Positions 1-7,945 are shown, counted from the first letter of the stretch. The stretch: 16,009 bases of DNA from Candidatus Diapherotrites archaeon CG08_land_8_20_14_0_20_30_16 (GCA_002779075.1 PEXK01000030.1:1-16009), one strand, 5' to 3'. Numbers and translations: made by a program. The notes: generated from the sequence alone by a model not told the origin.

Positions 1-195
1 AGACATCATAAATTTGTCAAATATCTAATGCTTGGTTTTGCAGGATTAATTATTGCATCGCCTTTGCCTGATGAATTGGGCATAACAATATTGGCAATGT
101 CAAGAAATATATCTGAATTTTCATTTGTATTAATTTCATATGTTCTAAATACATTTGGCATATTTGTTATTTTGGGTATTGGCTTAATATTGTAA
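1..195 (+). CDS. 3' end of a membrane protein gene (partial, runs off the window start); function unknown
   Basis: Frame 1 is open from base 1 to TAA at 193-195. It translates to RHHKFVKYLMLGFAGLIIASPLPDELGITILAMSRNISEFSFVLISYVLNTFGIFVILGIGLIL, with two hydrophobic helix-like segments. No family recognised. Confidence 0.4.
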   Translation, partial: RHHKFVKYLMLGFAGLIIASPLPDELGITILAMSRNISEFSFVLISYVLNTFGIFVILGIGLIL

Positions 196-222
196 TAAAG
201 ATATTTATACTTTCCAACCTTT

Positions 223-229
223 TTTATAT
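223..229 (+). promoter_or_regulatory. TATA-like box about 27 nt upstream of ATG 254 (leaderless-type promoter)
   Basis: tttatat at 223-229. There is no SD between it and ATG 254. The same geometry recurs at 3893, 8820(-) and 15929. Confidence 0.35.
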
Positions 230-426
230 TGATTATTTATTAATGTGTTTTTTATGAATAAACAAGAGCTTCTTAAATATTTAGAAAATCAAGGGTTAAT
301 GGATTTGGTGTTGTTGGCGGCAAACTACAATATACAGTTGATGGCTCAGTACCTACTAAACAATATTCTGGTGAAAGATTTATAGGGTTAAAAGTAAAAC
401 CAAACAATTATGTTGTTGAAGTCAAT

Positions 427-975
427 TTGAACAACTCACAGGCAGCAGGAATTACTGTAAGAGGTAATGAATATCCTTATTATAGTTCGATTGATGGTTT
501 GACATTTATTTACAAGCCATATGTCCGTTTTTATGAGCAAGTAATGCCAGGAGAATCATATTGGTTATATAAATCTGCTGGTGTTTGGGGCGGTTGGAGC
601 AAAATAACAAAACAATGTGAGAAAGGAACACTTGCAGAAGGTGCAGATGTGAAACTTAAAATTGTAGTTCAAGGAAATAAATATACTGCATATGTAAATG
701 ACACAGAATGGTGTTCATATGTTGCTGATGACAAAGCGGAATCAAGTGAAAAACAAAGATGGGTTGGACTATTTTTGGATAGATCTGGGCAATCATTTGA
801 TAATTTTACTATAACATCATTAGGCGGTTCAAGCATTAGTGATGGTGGAAGTACAGCAACTTCTGATACAACAACAGTACTTGATAATATACAAGTGCAA
901 CAAGTGGAGGCGGTTCAGGTCAAGTTGTTAATGCAGATAAATATTATTTCACAAAAGAAAACACATATTCTTTAA
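427..975 (+). CDS. Fragment: LamG/concanavalin-like (DUF1080 / 3-keto-disaccharide hydrolase-like) domain plus Ser/Thr/Gly linker
   Basis: Pattern AAGITVRG...KLKIVVQGNKYTAYVNDTEW...GLFLDRSGQSFDNFTI is typical of DUF1080-type jelly-roll domains. The TTG start in the track is probably artificial because the frame is open from 277. The last ~25 aa look like out-of-frame read-through. Confidence 0.5.
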   Translation: MNNSQAAGITVRGNEYPYYSSIDGLTFIYKPYVRFYEQVMPGESYWLYKSAGVWGGWSKITKQCEKGTLAEGADVKLKIVVQGNKYTAYVNDTEWCSYVADDKAESSEKQRWVGLFLDRSGQSFDNFTITSLGGSSISDGGSTATSDTTTVLDNIQVQQVEAVQVKLLMQINIISQKKTHIL

Positions 976-1070
976 CTGGTGATGAATATCATGTTACTTT
1001 AGCAAAAAATGATTGGACATACAAATCTGGTGAATGGTTAGGCACATCTGAGACTTATGGCTCTTTAATA

Positions 1071-1442
1071 ATGTTTGACATTCCTAAATTAGCAGATGTT
1101 GAAAGTGCAATTTTGCATTTAGTTGTTGAATCATATACTCAGAAATTAATTTCGCCTAAGAATTGTGATTTTACAAAAAAATTCACAATAAAAAAAGTAG
1201 ATGAACCATGGACTTTGGATAATACAAATTACACTACTTTAGAAAGTTTGCAAAAGAGTGGTGAAGTTGTTGCTAGTTTTGAAGTAACACCAAAAACAAA
1301 AGAACTACCCATAAAAACACCTGTGAAGGATATAATGAGTGCATATGGTTTTACAATAGATGAAACAGACAATAGTTTGTGTAGAGTTTCATTTTACTCT
1401 CAAACAGGCAATACATATGCACCATATATAACTTTACAATAA
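1071..1442 (+). CDS. Fragment: DNRLRE/CBM96-like domain (C-terminal part of the broken gene)
   Basis: SLIMFDIPKLADVESAILHLVVES, IKKVDEPWTLDNTNYTTL and VSFYSQTGNTYAPYITLQ match the FDLs..l....I.sA.L.L / W.E..vTW / f.S.e...P.L.v layout of DNRLRE-type domains. The frame is open upstream to 888. Confidence 0.5.
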   Translation: MFDIPKLADVESAILHLVVESYTQKLISPKNCDFTKKFTIKKVDEPWTLDNTNYTTLESLQKSGEVVASFEVTPKTKELPIKTPVKDIMSAYGFTIDETDNSLCRVSFYSQTGNTYAPYITLQ

Positions 1443-1457
1443 AAGAATAAATCAGTT

Positions 1458-1492
1458 AAGGGATTAATTCCCTTCTTTTCTTTTTTTATTTT
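1458..1492 (+). terminator. Hairpin plus T-tract between convergent genes
   Basis: aaggga (1458-1463) / ttaat loop / tccctt (1469-1474), followed by cttttctttttttatttt. It lies between stop 1442(+) and stop 1498(-). Confidence 0.45.
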
Positions 1493-1497
1493 GGGAT

Positions 1498-2181
1498 TTA
1501 AATGGGTTTAAGATATTTTCTTAGTATTACCTTTTCTTTCTTTATTCCTAATGATTTTGCAAATCTTACAAAATCTTCTTTGTTACTAGTATCTATTTTC
1601 ATTTTTTTGTTTTTATAATCTACAACAAAACTAACAAATGTATTAATTTCTTCATTTTTACAGTCTTTTATAAATTTTAACAATTTTGGCCATGCATCTT
1701 TGTACTTGGGTCTACAAAGCTTCAAATAATCTTTTTCATTTGTTGCATTTAACGATATTCTTATTTCATCTAGCCTTGCATTCTTAAGTTTTTTTGCAGA
1801 ATTGTTGTAAATACAATCAACTAAACCATTAGTATCTATTCTTGTTTTTATTTTGTAATTCTTTTTAACATATTTTAGTATTTGAATTACTTTTGGTAAA
1901 TGAATCAAGGGTTCGCCTAATCCAATTATTGCTAATTCTTTATCATTTTTGTCAATATTATAATTAATTTCTGTGATTATTTCTTTTAATGTTGGTGATT
2001 TCTTCAAATATAAACTTGTTCCTGCTTTAGTTTCATAAATATTTGGTTTGTGAAAATCCTTTTTTGTTCTGGGTCTAGAACAAAAAACACAATTATTTAT
2101 GCAAGTGTAATTAGGAATAATATTTACATATAAAATATTACTAGGATAAATTGGTGTTGAGAATCTATATGTAATAGTCAT
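1498..2181 (-). CDS. Small radical SAM domain protein (about 227 aa, no SPASM-like C-terminal Cys cluster)
   Basis: CxxxCxxC motif in NYTCINNCVFCSR, a GLGEPL SAM-binding-like motif, and RIDTNG. SD aagtgat (rc of 2187-2193) lies 5 nt before ATG 2181. It is 23 nt downstream of the Memo-like gene on the same strand. Confidence 0.75.
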   Translation of the reverse strand: MTITYRFSTPIYPSNILYVNIIPNYTCINNCVFCSRPRTKKDFHKPNIYETKAGTSLYLKKSPTLKEIITEINYNIDKNDKELAIIGLGEPLIHLPKVIQILKYVKKNYKIKTRIDTNGLVDCIYNNSAKKLKNARLDEIRISLNATNEKDYLKLCRPKYKDAWPKLLKFIKDCKNEEINTFVSFVVDYKNKKMKIDTSNKEDFVRFAKSLGIKKEKVILRKYLKPI

Positions 2182-2204
2182 AAATTATCACTTAAACTAA
2201 AACC

Positions 2205-2897
2205 TTAAAACCTAAAGCTTGCATAACCAACAACAGATAATTTGTCTTTTGTTATATCGCCTGAGTTTTTGTATTCAATTAGTTTTGGCTGCCACTTGTT
2301 TTGCTTGCACAAAGCAAACAAAATCTTTAATGCATTTTTTCCGCAAGCATCAATATTAGGAAACTTTTTTAAATCTAGGGTTTCAATAATCTTAATTGTT
2401 TCTTTATCTTTCTTTTTTGCAATATTATATTGCAAAAAATGGGACAAGTCTGTTGAGAAAATAAATAAAGTATCTTTCTTGTTATATTGTTTAACAATAT
2501 TTTTTGCATTGTCGTGCGTAATATCACCAACAACAATTGGCAATATATTGTTTATGTGCAGGTATTGTAAAAATGGAATCTGATTGTCTATAGAATGTTC
2601 ATATTTTAATTTTCTTAAATCAGTTTTTGGAATTTTTACATCTCCAAATGGTGTCTTTATACTCTCTAGTGTACAGGTGCCATAAAAACCAGTATAATGT
2701 GAAGGACCAAAGACAATTGCATGTTTGAATTTCTTATTTTGCAAAAAAGAATATGCTTTTCCTGCTATTTTCCCAGAATATATATATCCTGCATGTGGTA
2801 CAACCAGGCCATTAACAGTATATTTTTGTGTGCTGGTAAGATATGATTTGATTACCTTTTTCAATTCATCTTTGTTATCAGGATACCAGTTAGACAT
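2205..2897 (-). CDS. Memo-like protein (AmmeMemoRadiSam system protein B)
   Basis: MSNWYPDN...VVPHAGYIYSG...FGPSH...EHSIDNQIPFLQY...FSTDLSH...IDACG...YKNSGDIT...VVGYASF. These are all hallmark MEMO1-family motifs and metal-site residues. Confidence 0.85.
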   Translation of the reverse strand: MSNWYPDNKDELKKVIKSYLTSTQKYTVNGLVVPHAGYIYSGKIAGKAYSFLQNKKFKHAIVFGPSHYTGFYGTCTLESIKTPFGDVKIPKTDLRKLKYEHSIDNQIPFLQYLHINNILPIVVGDITHDNAKNIVKQYNKKDTLFIFSTDLSHFLQYNIAKKKDKETIKIIETLDLKKFPNIDACGKNALKILFALCKQNKWQPKLIEYKNSGDITKDKLSVVGYASFRF

Positions 2898-2901
2898 AAT
2901 A

Positions 2902-3837
2902 TCAACTTTTTATTTTCTTTGTAATATTATAATATTTGAGTAGATTTTTAATAATATAACTATGCGCAGTAACTCTTTTTTTTAATTTTATTTTTTTGCT
3001 GTTTGTTTCAACAACCACTACACTTTTTCCTTGCGGTCCTTTTTTAATACTTTTATTTATAATCAGCCTATATGTTGATAATAGTTCATCTATAGAATCA
3101 TCTTTTACATTGGTAACAATACCATTTACAATTTTTTGTTTAAAACTAGTAAATCCAAATTTTTTTATTCTAAATTTTCGTTTTCTTAACAATTTGATGA
3201 TTTCTTTTGCAATTGGATCTTTATGTCTTAAAAAGCCTTGAGAAAAAATATAACTATCAGATACACTATCATCTTCATGCAAATCCAAAACAAGTAATGG
3301 TGGATAATCTTTGACCTGTTTTAAAACAAATTTTGTGATTAATTCAGATTCTTTTAAAATTGGGTTATTTCTTCTGGGTTTTCGGGTATCTTTTAAATCT
3401 ATTAAACAATGTTCTGAATCCCCTACACTTTTTGGTTCTTTGTCTTTTTGAATAGTTTTGGAATAAGGATATCTCCAGTTTTTCATATATCCTATAGGAT
3501 TACATAATGGTAAAAGCACTATAGGGATTTTTTTTCCTAGCTTATTGATATATTCTATATTTTTAGATATTGCATTTGGTCCTGCAGGCTCTTCACCATG
3601 TATTCCTGCAATTAACCAAAGAGCTTTGCCTTTTTTTTTAGTTCTAAAAGTATTTATAAAATAGCTAAATTCTTTTTTTTCATATTTTATTTTTGAAATG
3701 TTGAGAATATTTTTTATCCAATAGTTTTTATTAATTTCTGAATAGGATTTATAGATGTCAAAAAGAGATAATCTTTTATCTTTATTATATGTTGGTAAAT
3801 TATATATTGTTTTTACGGTATCACCTCCGCTAAACAA
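2902..3837 (-). CDS. M14-like zinc hydrolase (carboxypeptidase / succinylglutamate desuccinylase-aspartoacylase superfamily, DUF2817-like)
   Basis: HxxE zinc motif in LWLIAGIHGEEPAGP and a third-ligand-type motif in VLDLHEDD. The stop is 4 nt before the Memo-like start. The start is uncertain: TTG 3837 is the only canonical start, and a strong GGAGGTGAT sits at codons 4-6. Confidence 0.6.
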   Translation of the reverse strand: MFSGGDTVKTIYNLPTYNKDKRLSLFDIYKSYSEINKNYWIKNILNISKIKYEKKEFSYFINTFRTKKKGKALWLIAGIHGEEPAGPNAISKNIEYINKLGKKIPIVLLPLCNPIGYMKNWRYPYSKTIQKDKEPKSVGDSEHCLIDLKDTRKPRRNNPILKESELITKFVLKQVKDYPPLLVLDLHEDDSVSDSYIFSQGFLRHKDPIAKEIIKLLRKRKFRIKKFGFTSFKQKIVNGIVTNVKDDSIDELLSTYRLIINKSIKKGPQGKSVVVVETNSKKIKLKKRVTAHSYIIKNLLKYYNITKKIKS

Positions 3838-3892
3838 AACTATATATATAAAATTAGAAAATTATATATAGGTATCTTACTTATTTATAATT
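3838..3892. promoter_or_regulatory. Divergent promoter region of the AmmeMemoRadiSam locus with two TATA-like elements
   Basis: tatatatata at 3841-3850 and attatatata at 3861-3870. The second is centred about 27 nt upstream of ATG 3893 (no SD, so leaderless-like) and about 29 nt from TTG 3837 on the other strand. Confidence 0.45.
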
Positions 3893-4906
3893 ATGAAAAA
3901 ATGTGTATTATTTAAGAAACTAACAAGTAATAAAGTGAAATGTTTAGCTTGTAATCATTATTGCACAATTGCAGAAACCAAAACAGGTATCTGTGGCGTA
4001 AGAAAAAATATTAAGGGGAAACTATATTTACTAGTTTATGATAAAGTTGTTGCACAAAATATTGATCCTATTGAGAAAAAACCATTATATCATTTTCTTC
4101 CAGGAACAAAAGCATATTCTATTGGCACTGTTGGTTGCAACTTTTTTTGTAAAGGCTGCCAGAATTGGGATATTTCACAAGAACGAAAAATTATTGGCAA
4201 AGAATTAACTCCAAAGGAAATTGTTAATGACGCAATAAAAAACAAATGTAAAAGTATTGCATATACCTATAATGAGCCATCGATATTTATTGAATTTGTA
4301 AAAGCAACTGCTATATTGGCGCACAAAAAAGGTTTGAAGAACATCTTAGTTACAAATGGTTATCTGTCGAAAGAATCTTTAGCATATATTGGAAAGACTG
4401 TTGATGCTATGAATATAGATTTGAAATCATTTTCTGAAAAGTATTACAAAAAGTTTTGTGGTGCTAAATTAAAACCAGTTTTAGATACAATAAAATTAGC
4501 ACACAAAAAAAAGATTTGGATTGAAATAACAACTTTGTTAGTGCCAAATGAGAATGATTCTGTTAAAGAATTGATAAATATAGGGCAGTTTATTGCGAGT
4601 GTAAATAAAAATATCCCTTGGCATATTTCGAGATTCTTTCCAATGTACAAAATGACAAATAAAAAGGAAACAGATATTAAAAAATTGGAAGAAGCATACA
4701 AAATAGGCAAGAAATACTTGAATTTTGTTTATGTTGGCAATTTGCACAAAGAAAACAACACTCTTTGTCCCAAATGTGGTAGTATTGTAATAGATAGATT
4801 TGGATACAATGTTAAAAATAATTTAAATAATAATAAATGCAAGAAATGTAATAGTAAGGTAAGTGGTGTTTATGAATCTAACAAAATTAGCAAGAAAAGC
4901 AATTGA
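3893..4906 (+). CDS. AmmeMemoRadiSam system radical SAM enzyme (PflA/PflX-like activase family)
   Basis: N-terminal Cys cluster KCLACNHYC...GICGVR, PIEKKPLYHF, radical SAM motif GCNFFCKGCQNW, and C-terminal CPKCG...CKKCN zinc-ribbon-like pairs. Adjacent to AMMECR1 and divergent from Memo. Confidence 0.85.
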   Translation: MKKCVLFKKLTSNKVKCLACNHYCTIAETKTGICGVRKNIKGKLYLLVYDKVVAQNIDPIEKKPLYHFLPGTKAYSIGTVGCNFFCKGCQNWDISQERKIIGKELTPKEIVNDAIKNKCKSIAYTYNEPSIFIEFVKATAILAHKKGLKNILVTNGYLSKESLAYIGKTVDAMNIDLKSFSEKYYKKFCGAKLKPVLDTIKLAHKKKIWIEITTLLVPNENDSVKELINIGQFIASVNKNIPWHISRFFPMYKMTNKKETDIKKLEEAYKIGKKYLNFVYVGNLHKENNTLCPKCGSIVIDRFGYNVKNNLNNNKCKKCNSKVSGVYESNKISKKSN

Positions 4907-5396
4907 AAAATATTTTGATGGCGAAATATATGATCCTGATGCAAAAACAAAACAGAAATATACAAAAAAAGGAGCATGTTTTATTACATTAACTAAAAAT
5001 TGGGAGTTAAGAGGTTGTGTTGGTTCTTTGTTGGCACATCAACAGCTGTATAAAGATGTAATAAGGAATGCAATAAATGCTGCATTTAAAGATTATAGAT
5101 TTGAACCATTGCATAAAACTGAAATGTCTAGTATAAAGATAGAAGTATCTGTTTTAACTATCCCTAAAGACTTACAATATAAAAATGAAAATGATTTGTT
5201 AAGCAAGTTGAATCCAAGTATGGGGCTCATTTTAGAAAAATATAATCATAGTGCTACTTTTTTGCCACAAGTCTGGACAGATCTACCAGATAAAAAAGAG
5301 TTTTTAGAAGAATTGAGTTTGAAAGCAGGTCTTGACAGAAATGATTGGAAATCTAGCCACTACAAATATTATAGAGTAAAGAAATATAAGGAATAA
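4872..5396 (+). CDS. AMMECR1 domain protein (AmmeMemoRadiSam system protein A)
   Basis: MNLTKLARKAIEKYF..., GACFITL...LRGCVGS..., AAFKDYRFEPL, SATFLPQVW. The start is moved from the track's GTG 4863 to ATG 4872 (gtggtg ttt ATG). It overlaps the upstream gene by 35 nt. Confidence 0.85.
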   Translation: MNLTKLARKAIEKYFDGEIYDPDAKTKQKYTKKGACFITLTKNWELRGCVGSLLAHQQLYKDVIRNAINAAFKDYRFEPLHKTEMSSIKIEVSVLTIPKDLQYKNENDLLSKLNPSMGLILEKYNHSATFLPQVWTDLPDKKEFLEELSLKAGLDRNDWKSSHYKYYRVKKYKE

Positions 5397-5403
5397 ATTA
5401 GTT

Positions 5404-6483
5404 CTATTTCATTGATCTTTGCAAATGAGCAATAAGAGTATTAGGCTCTTTGTAATAGCTTATTAAAAAAGAAACAAACATATCTAATTGGTTTTGGTTG
5501 ATTGCATCTTCTAAAAGAAATTCTAACTCAAATCTTTGTTTACGGGTGTAGCTTTTTTTAATATAATCCTTTACAACTAGAATTATTGCATTTAATTTGG
5601 GATACTTTTTGGCCAGAGGTTCTATTTGATGTACAACCATTAGACTTAAGTCTATTTGTTGTACCTCTTGGTCACTTCTTTCTACGTTTATAGCTTCTGC
5701 AGGTCTGTTTGCTTCTTCTTGCCTTAAAGTATACGCTTTGAGGATTCCTTTTATTATTCCTGAACTAACTAATTCAGGAGTATTTAATGATTGTTTGATT
5801 TTTGCTAGAAACCATTTCTTTGTATTTGTATTAACCATTGCAAACAATCTGTCTAGTTCTATTAAATCATTAACTAAACCAGGAAACTCTGTAATATAAT
5901 TGTGGAATACAGAATATTGTTCTTCTAGTGTATTTTGTGTTCTCATTTCTAACAGTCTTCTTTTTAGGGCAAATTTTCTTAATAATGCATCAAAAATCTT
6001 TTGAAATTCTAGATGTGCTGTTTGGGGTTGTCTTTCAACAATTTCTAATGCATTTAAAACTGTGTAGATTAAAGAAGAATTTGTATCTTCAAACAGATGT
6101 TCAACTTTTACTATTCTTTCTAAAATTGCTTTTATAAAACTATCAAATTTTATTATTATTATACCTTTTTTTGTAGATATTTCTAAATTTACATCGAACT
6201 TATCAAAATCAAATTGTGGGTTTTGTCTTGAAATTTTTGTTAAAATATCCTGAATTTTTATGAGAGTCAGTGCTGTGCCCCAAATTGCTCCTGGCTCAAT
6301 ATGTTTGTGTGTTTGTTCTAATCCTTTAATAAGTTCCAAAAGAGCTTTTAAATATCTTTGTGTTGAAAAATCAGAGATTTTTTCTGCAGGATGTCTTGCT
6401 GTTTCGGGGGCCCTTTTCTTTCTTCTGAAAGGCCAAAGATCTTTTAATCTATCTAAAGTCCTTTTACGAGGTGGTTCAGGCAT
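5404..6483 (-). CDS. Hypothetical alpha-helical protein with a basic Pro-rich N-terminus (MPEPPRKRTLDRLKDLWPFRRKKRAPETARHP)
   Basis: Long uninterrupted ORF. SD aagtgat (rc of 6490-6496) lies 5 nt before ATG 6483. No family recognised. Directly downstream of serS on the same strand. Confidence 0.7.
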   Translation of the reverse strand: MPEPPRKRTLDRLKDLWPFRRKKRAPETARHPAEKISDFSTQRYLKALLELIKGLEQTHKHIEPGAIWGTALTLIKIQDILTKISRQNPQFDFDKFDVNLEISTKKGIIIIKFDSFIKAILERIVKVEHLFEDTNSSLIYTVLNALEIVERQPQTAHLEFQKIFDALLRKFALKRRLLEMRTQNTLEEQYSVFHNYITEFPGLVNDLIELDRLFAMVNTNTKKWFLAKIKQSLNTPELVSSGIIKGILKAYTLRQEEANRPAEAINVERSDQEVQQIDLSLMVVHQIEPLAKKYPKLNAIILVVKDYIKKSYTRKQRFELEFLLEDAINQNQLDMFVSFLISYYKEPNTLIAHLQRSMK

Positions 6484-6559
6484 ATTTTATCACTTAAATT
6501 CTGTTAATATTCTTAATAGTTCATATGGATTTTAATACATTCTTCATTAAGGGCTGTTT

Positions 6560-7882
6560 TTAGATCTCCTTAAATCCAGTATAAAGCCACAACGCTTTAG
6601 GAATATTTATTTTTCCTTCTTTTGTTTGGTGATTCTCAATAATTGCTGTCAGTATTCTTGGACTTGCTAAAATTGTGCAATTTAATGAATGAACAACAAA
6701 TTTTTCATTTTTGTCTTCGTATTTTATATTGAGATTTCTTGTTTGATAATCTGTTGTTATTGACCCAGAACCCAATTCTCTGAAAGTGCCTTGCACAGGC
6801 ATCCATGCTTCTAAATCATTTTTTTTTGCAGCTGTTAAGTTTAAATCGCTTGAGCAGATATCCATTAACCTATAAGGTAGTTCCAGTTCTTGAATTATTT
6901 CCTCTTCGTTTTTTATCATTTCATTGTGAATTTTTTCAGAGTCTTCAGGCAAACAGAATATATATTGTTCAACTTTGTCGAATTGATGGACTCTAAAAAT
7001 TCCACGAGTATCTTTTGTGTGGCTTCCTGCTTCTCTTCTAAAACAACTTGATAATCCAACATATTTCAATGGCAGGGAGTCTTTAGGGATAAGTTCGTCC
7101 ATGTGAAATCCAGCTAATGTTTGTTCTGCTGTTGCAATTAAAAATTGATCATTTCCAACTTTGTAAAGCATTTCTTCAAAATCAGAAAGCTCTGCTGTTT
7201 TTTCAATTGTATCTTTGTTTACAATAAATGGGGTGTACATAAAATTAAATCCTTTTTTCATTAATTTATCTATTGCAAACCTTAATATTGATAAATGGAG
7301 AATTGCTAATTTGTTTTTTAAGAAATAAAATCTCGAGCCAGATATCTTTGCAGCTCTTTCTAAATCAAATAAATCTTTTTCCAAACCAATATCAACATGA
7401 CTTTTTGGATTAAATTTCAATTCTTCAAACTGCATTTTACCTCCACTTAATGTTTTGAACTGTTTTATGTGAGATTTTTGCACTTTTGCTTTGCCACAGC
7501 ATTTTATTAAGTGATTGTTTTCTTCGCCTTGACCAATTGTTGTGTTATGCCACAAGATATTTCCAACTTCAGATCTATATTTGTCTCTTGATTTTAAATA
7601 TTCTATTTGCTTTTGTTCCAGGTCTTTTATTTCAGTATCTATTTTTTTTGATTTTTCTTTTAATTGATCAATTGGTTTTTTGTTTTTTGCTAATTCTGCA
7701 ATTTCTTTTGTTATTTTATTTTTCTCTGCTTTTTTTTCTTCGCAGGTTTGCTTTGCTTTTTTCCACAATTCATCATATTTTTTAGTTTCCTCTGCATTTT
7801 TTGTTTCTCTGAATCTGTTCTTTTCACTCTCTAATAATTTCTTAAAATCCTTATCGTTCCTGAATAAAGCTATGTCTAGCAT
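6560..7882 (-). CDS. serS: Seryl-tRNA synthetase
   Basis: N-terminal Lys/Glu-rich coiled-coil arm, then class II core: AAKISGSRFYFLKN, YTPFIVN, IATAEQTL, SSCFRREAGSHTKDTRGIFRVHQFDKVEQ, GSGSITTDYQTRNLNI, HSLNCT. The start is set to ATG 7882 (MLDIALFRN), which follows GGGTGAT (rc of 7887-7893) by 4 nt. The track's GTG 7891 lies inside that SD. Confidence 0.9.
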   Translation of the reverse strand: MLDIALFRNDKDFKKLLESEKNRFRETKNAEETKKYDELWKKAKQTCEEKKAEKNKITKEIAELAKNKKPIDQLKEKSKKIDTEIKDLEQKQIEYLKSRDKYRSEVGNILWHNTTIGQGEENNHLIKCCGKAKVQKSHIKQFKTLSGGKMQFEELKFNPKSHVDIGLEKDLFDLERAAKISGSRFYFLKNKLAILHLSILRFAIDKLMKKGFNFMYTPFIVNKDTIEKTAELSDFEEMLYKVGNDQFLIATAEQTLAGFHMDELIPKDSLPLKYVGLSSCFRREAGSHTKDTRGIFRVHQFDKVEQYIFCLPEDSEKIHNEMIKNEEEIIQELELPYRLMDICSSDLNLTAAKKNDLEAWMPVQGTFRELGSGSITTDYQTRNLNIKYEDKNEKFVVHSLNCTILASPRILTAIIENHQTKEGKINIPKALWLYTGFKEI

Positions 7883-7945
7883 AATAATCACCCAATCTTT
7901 AATAATAAGTAATAATAAAGGACTAAATATATAAAGCCTTATTGT

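Larger units (their letters stand above)
254..1442 (+). pseudogene. LamG-like (DUF1080-type) plus DNRLRE/CBM96-like two-domain protein, split across three frames
   Basis: ATG 254 (MNKQELLKYLENQG...) stops at TAG 383-385. An overlapping frame is open from 277 and reads GFGVVGGKLQYTVDGSVPTKQYSGERFIGLKVKPNNYVVEVNLNNSQAAGITVRG..., running into the 427..975 ORF. A third frame is open from 888 and reads TSATSGGGSGQVVNADKYYFTKENTYSLTGDEYHVTLAKNDWTYKSGEWLGTSETYGSLIMFDIPKLADVESAILHLVVES..., running into the 1071..1442 ORF. ATG 1071 falls inside a conserved beta-strand motif, so the pieces are not independent genes. Confidence 0.55.

Noticed and set aside
2242-2943. Plus-strand ORFs 2242..2583 and 2725..2943, antisense to the Memo-like gene
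   Set aside because: They lie entirely within, or antisense to, a gene with clear family motifs. Their translations are low-complexity Phe/Ile/Leu/Cys-rich strings typical of the antisense of AT-rich coding DNA, and they have no SD or promoter.
2996-3241. Plus-strand ORF antisense to the M14-like gene
   Set aside because: Same reasoning: it is embedded antisense in a motif-bearing gene and its translation is hydrophobic and low-complexity.
4444-4747. Minus-strand ORFs 4444..4710 and 4538..4747 inside the AmmeMemoRadiSam radical SAM gene
   Set aside because: They are antisense to a confidently assigned gene, overlap each other in two frames, and have no start context.
5928-6535. Plus-strand ORFs 5928..6137 and 6260..6535, antisense to the 359-aa hypothetical
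   Set aside because: The minus-strand ORF is far longer, has an SD at the correct spacing, and has a normal amino-acid composition. The plus-strand frames are Leu/Phe-rich antisense artefacts.
7100-7500. Roughly 20-residue extra segment in SerRS between the coiled-coil arm and the catalytic core (KAKVQKSHIKQFKTLSGGKMQFEEL...)
   Set aside because: I judged this only by eye against remembered bacterial SerRS sequences. Linker length in this region varies between lineages, so I cannot show it is unusual without an alignment.
7560-7860. Dense poly-T/poly-A runs that look like simple repeats
   Set aside because: They are the antisense of Lys-rich (AAA) codons in the SerRS N-terminal coiled coil. 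I found no periodic repeat unit.
6805-7934. Plus-strand ORFs 6805..6996, 7486..7785 and 7680..7934, antisense to serS
   Set aside because: serS is unambiguous. The antisense of its Lys/Glu-rich coiled-coil region gives Phe/Leu-rich open frames by composition alone.
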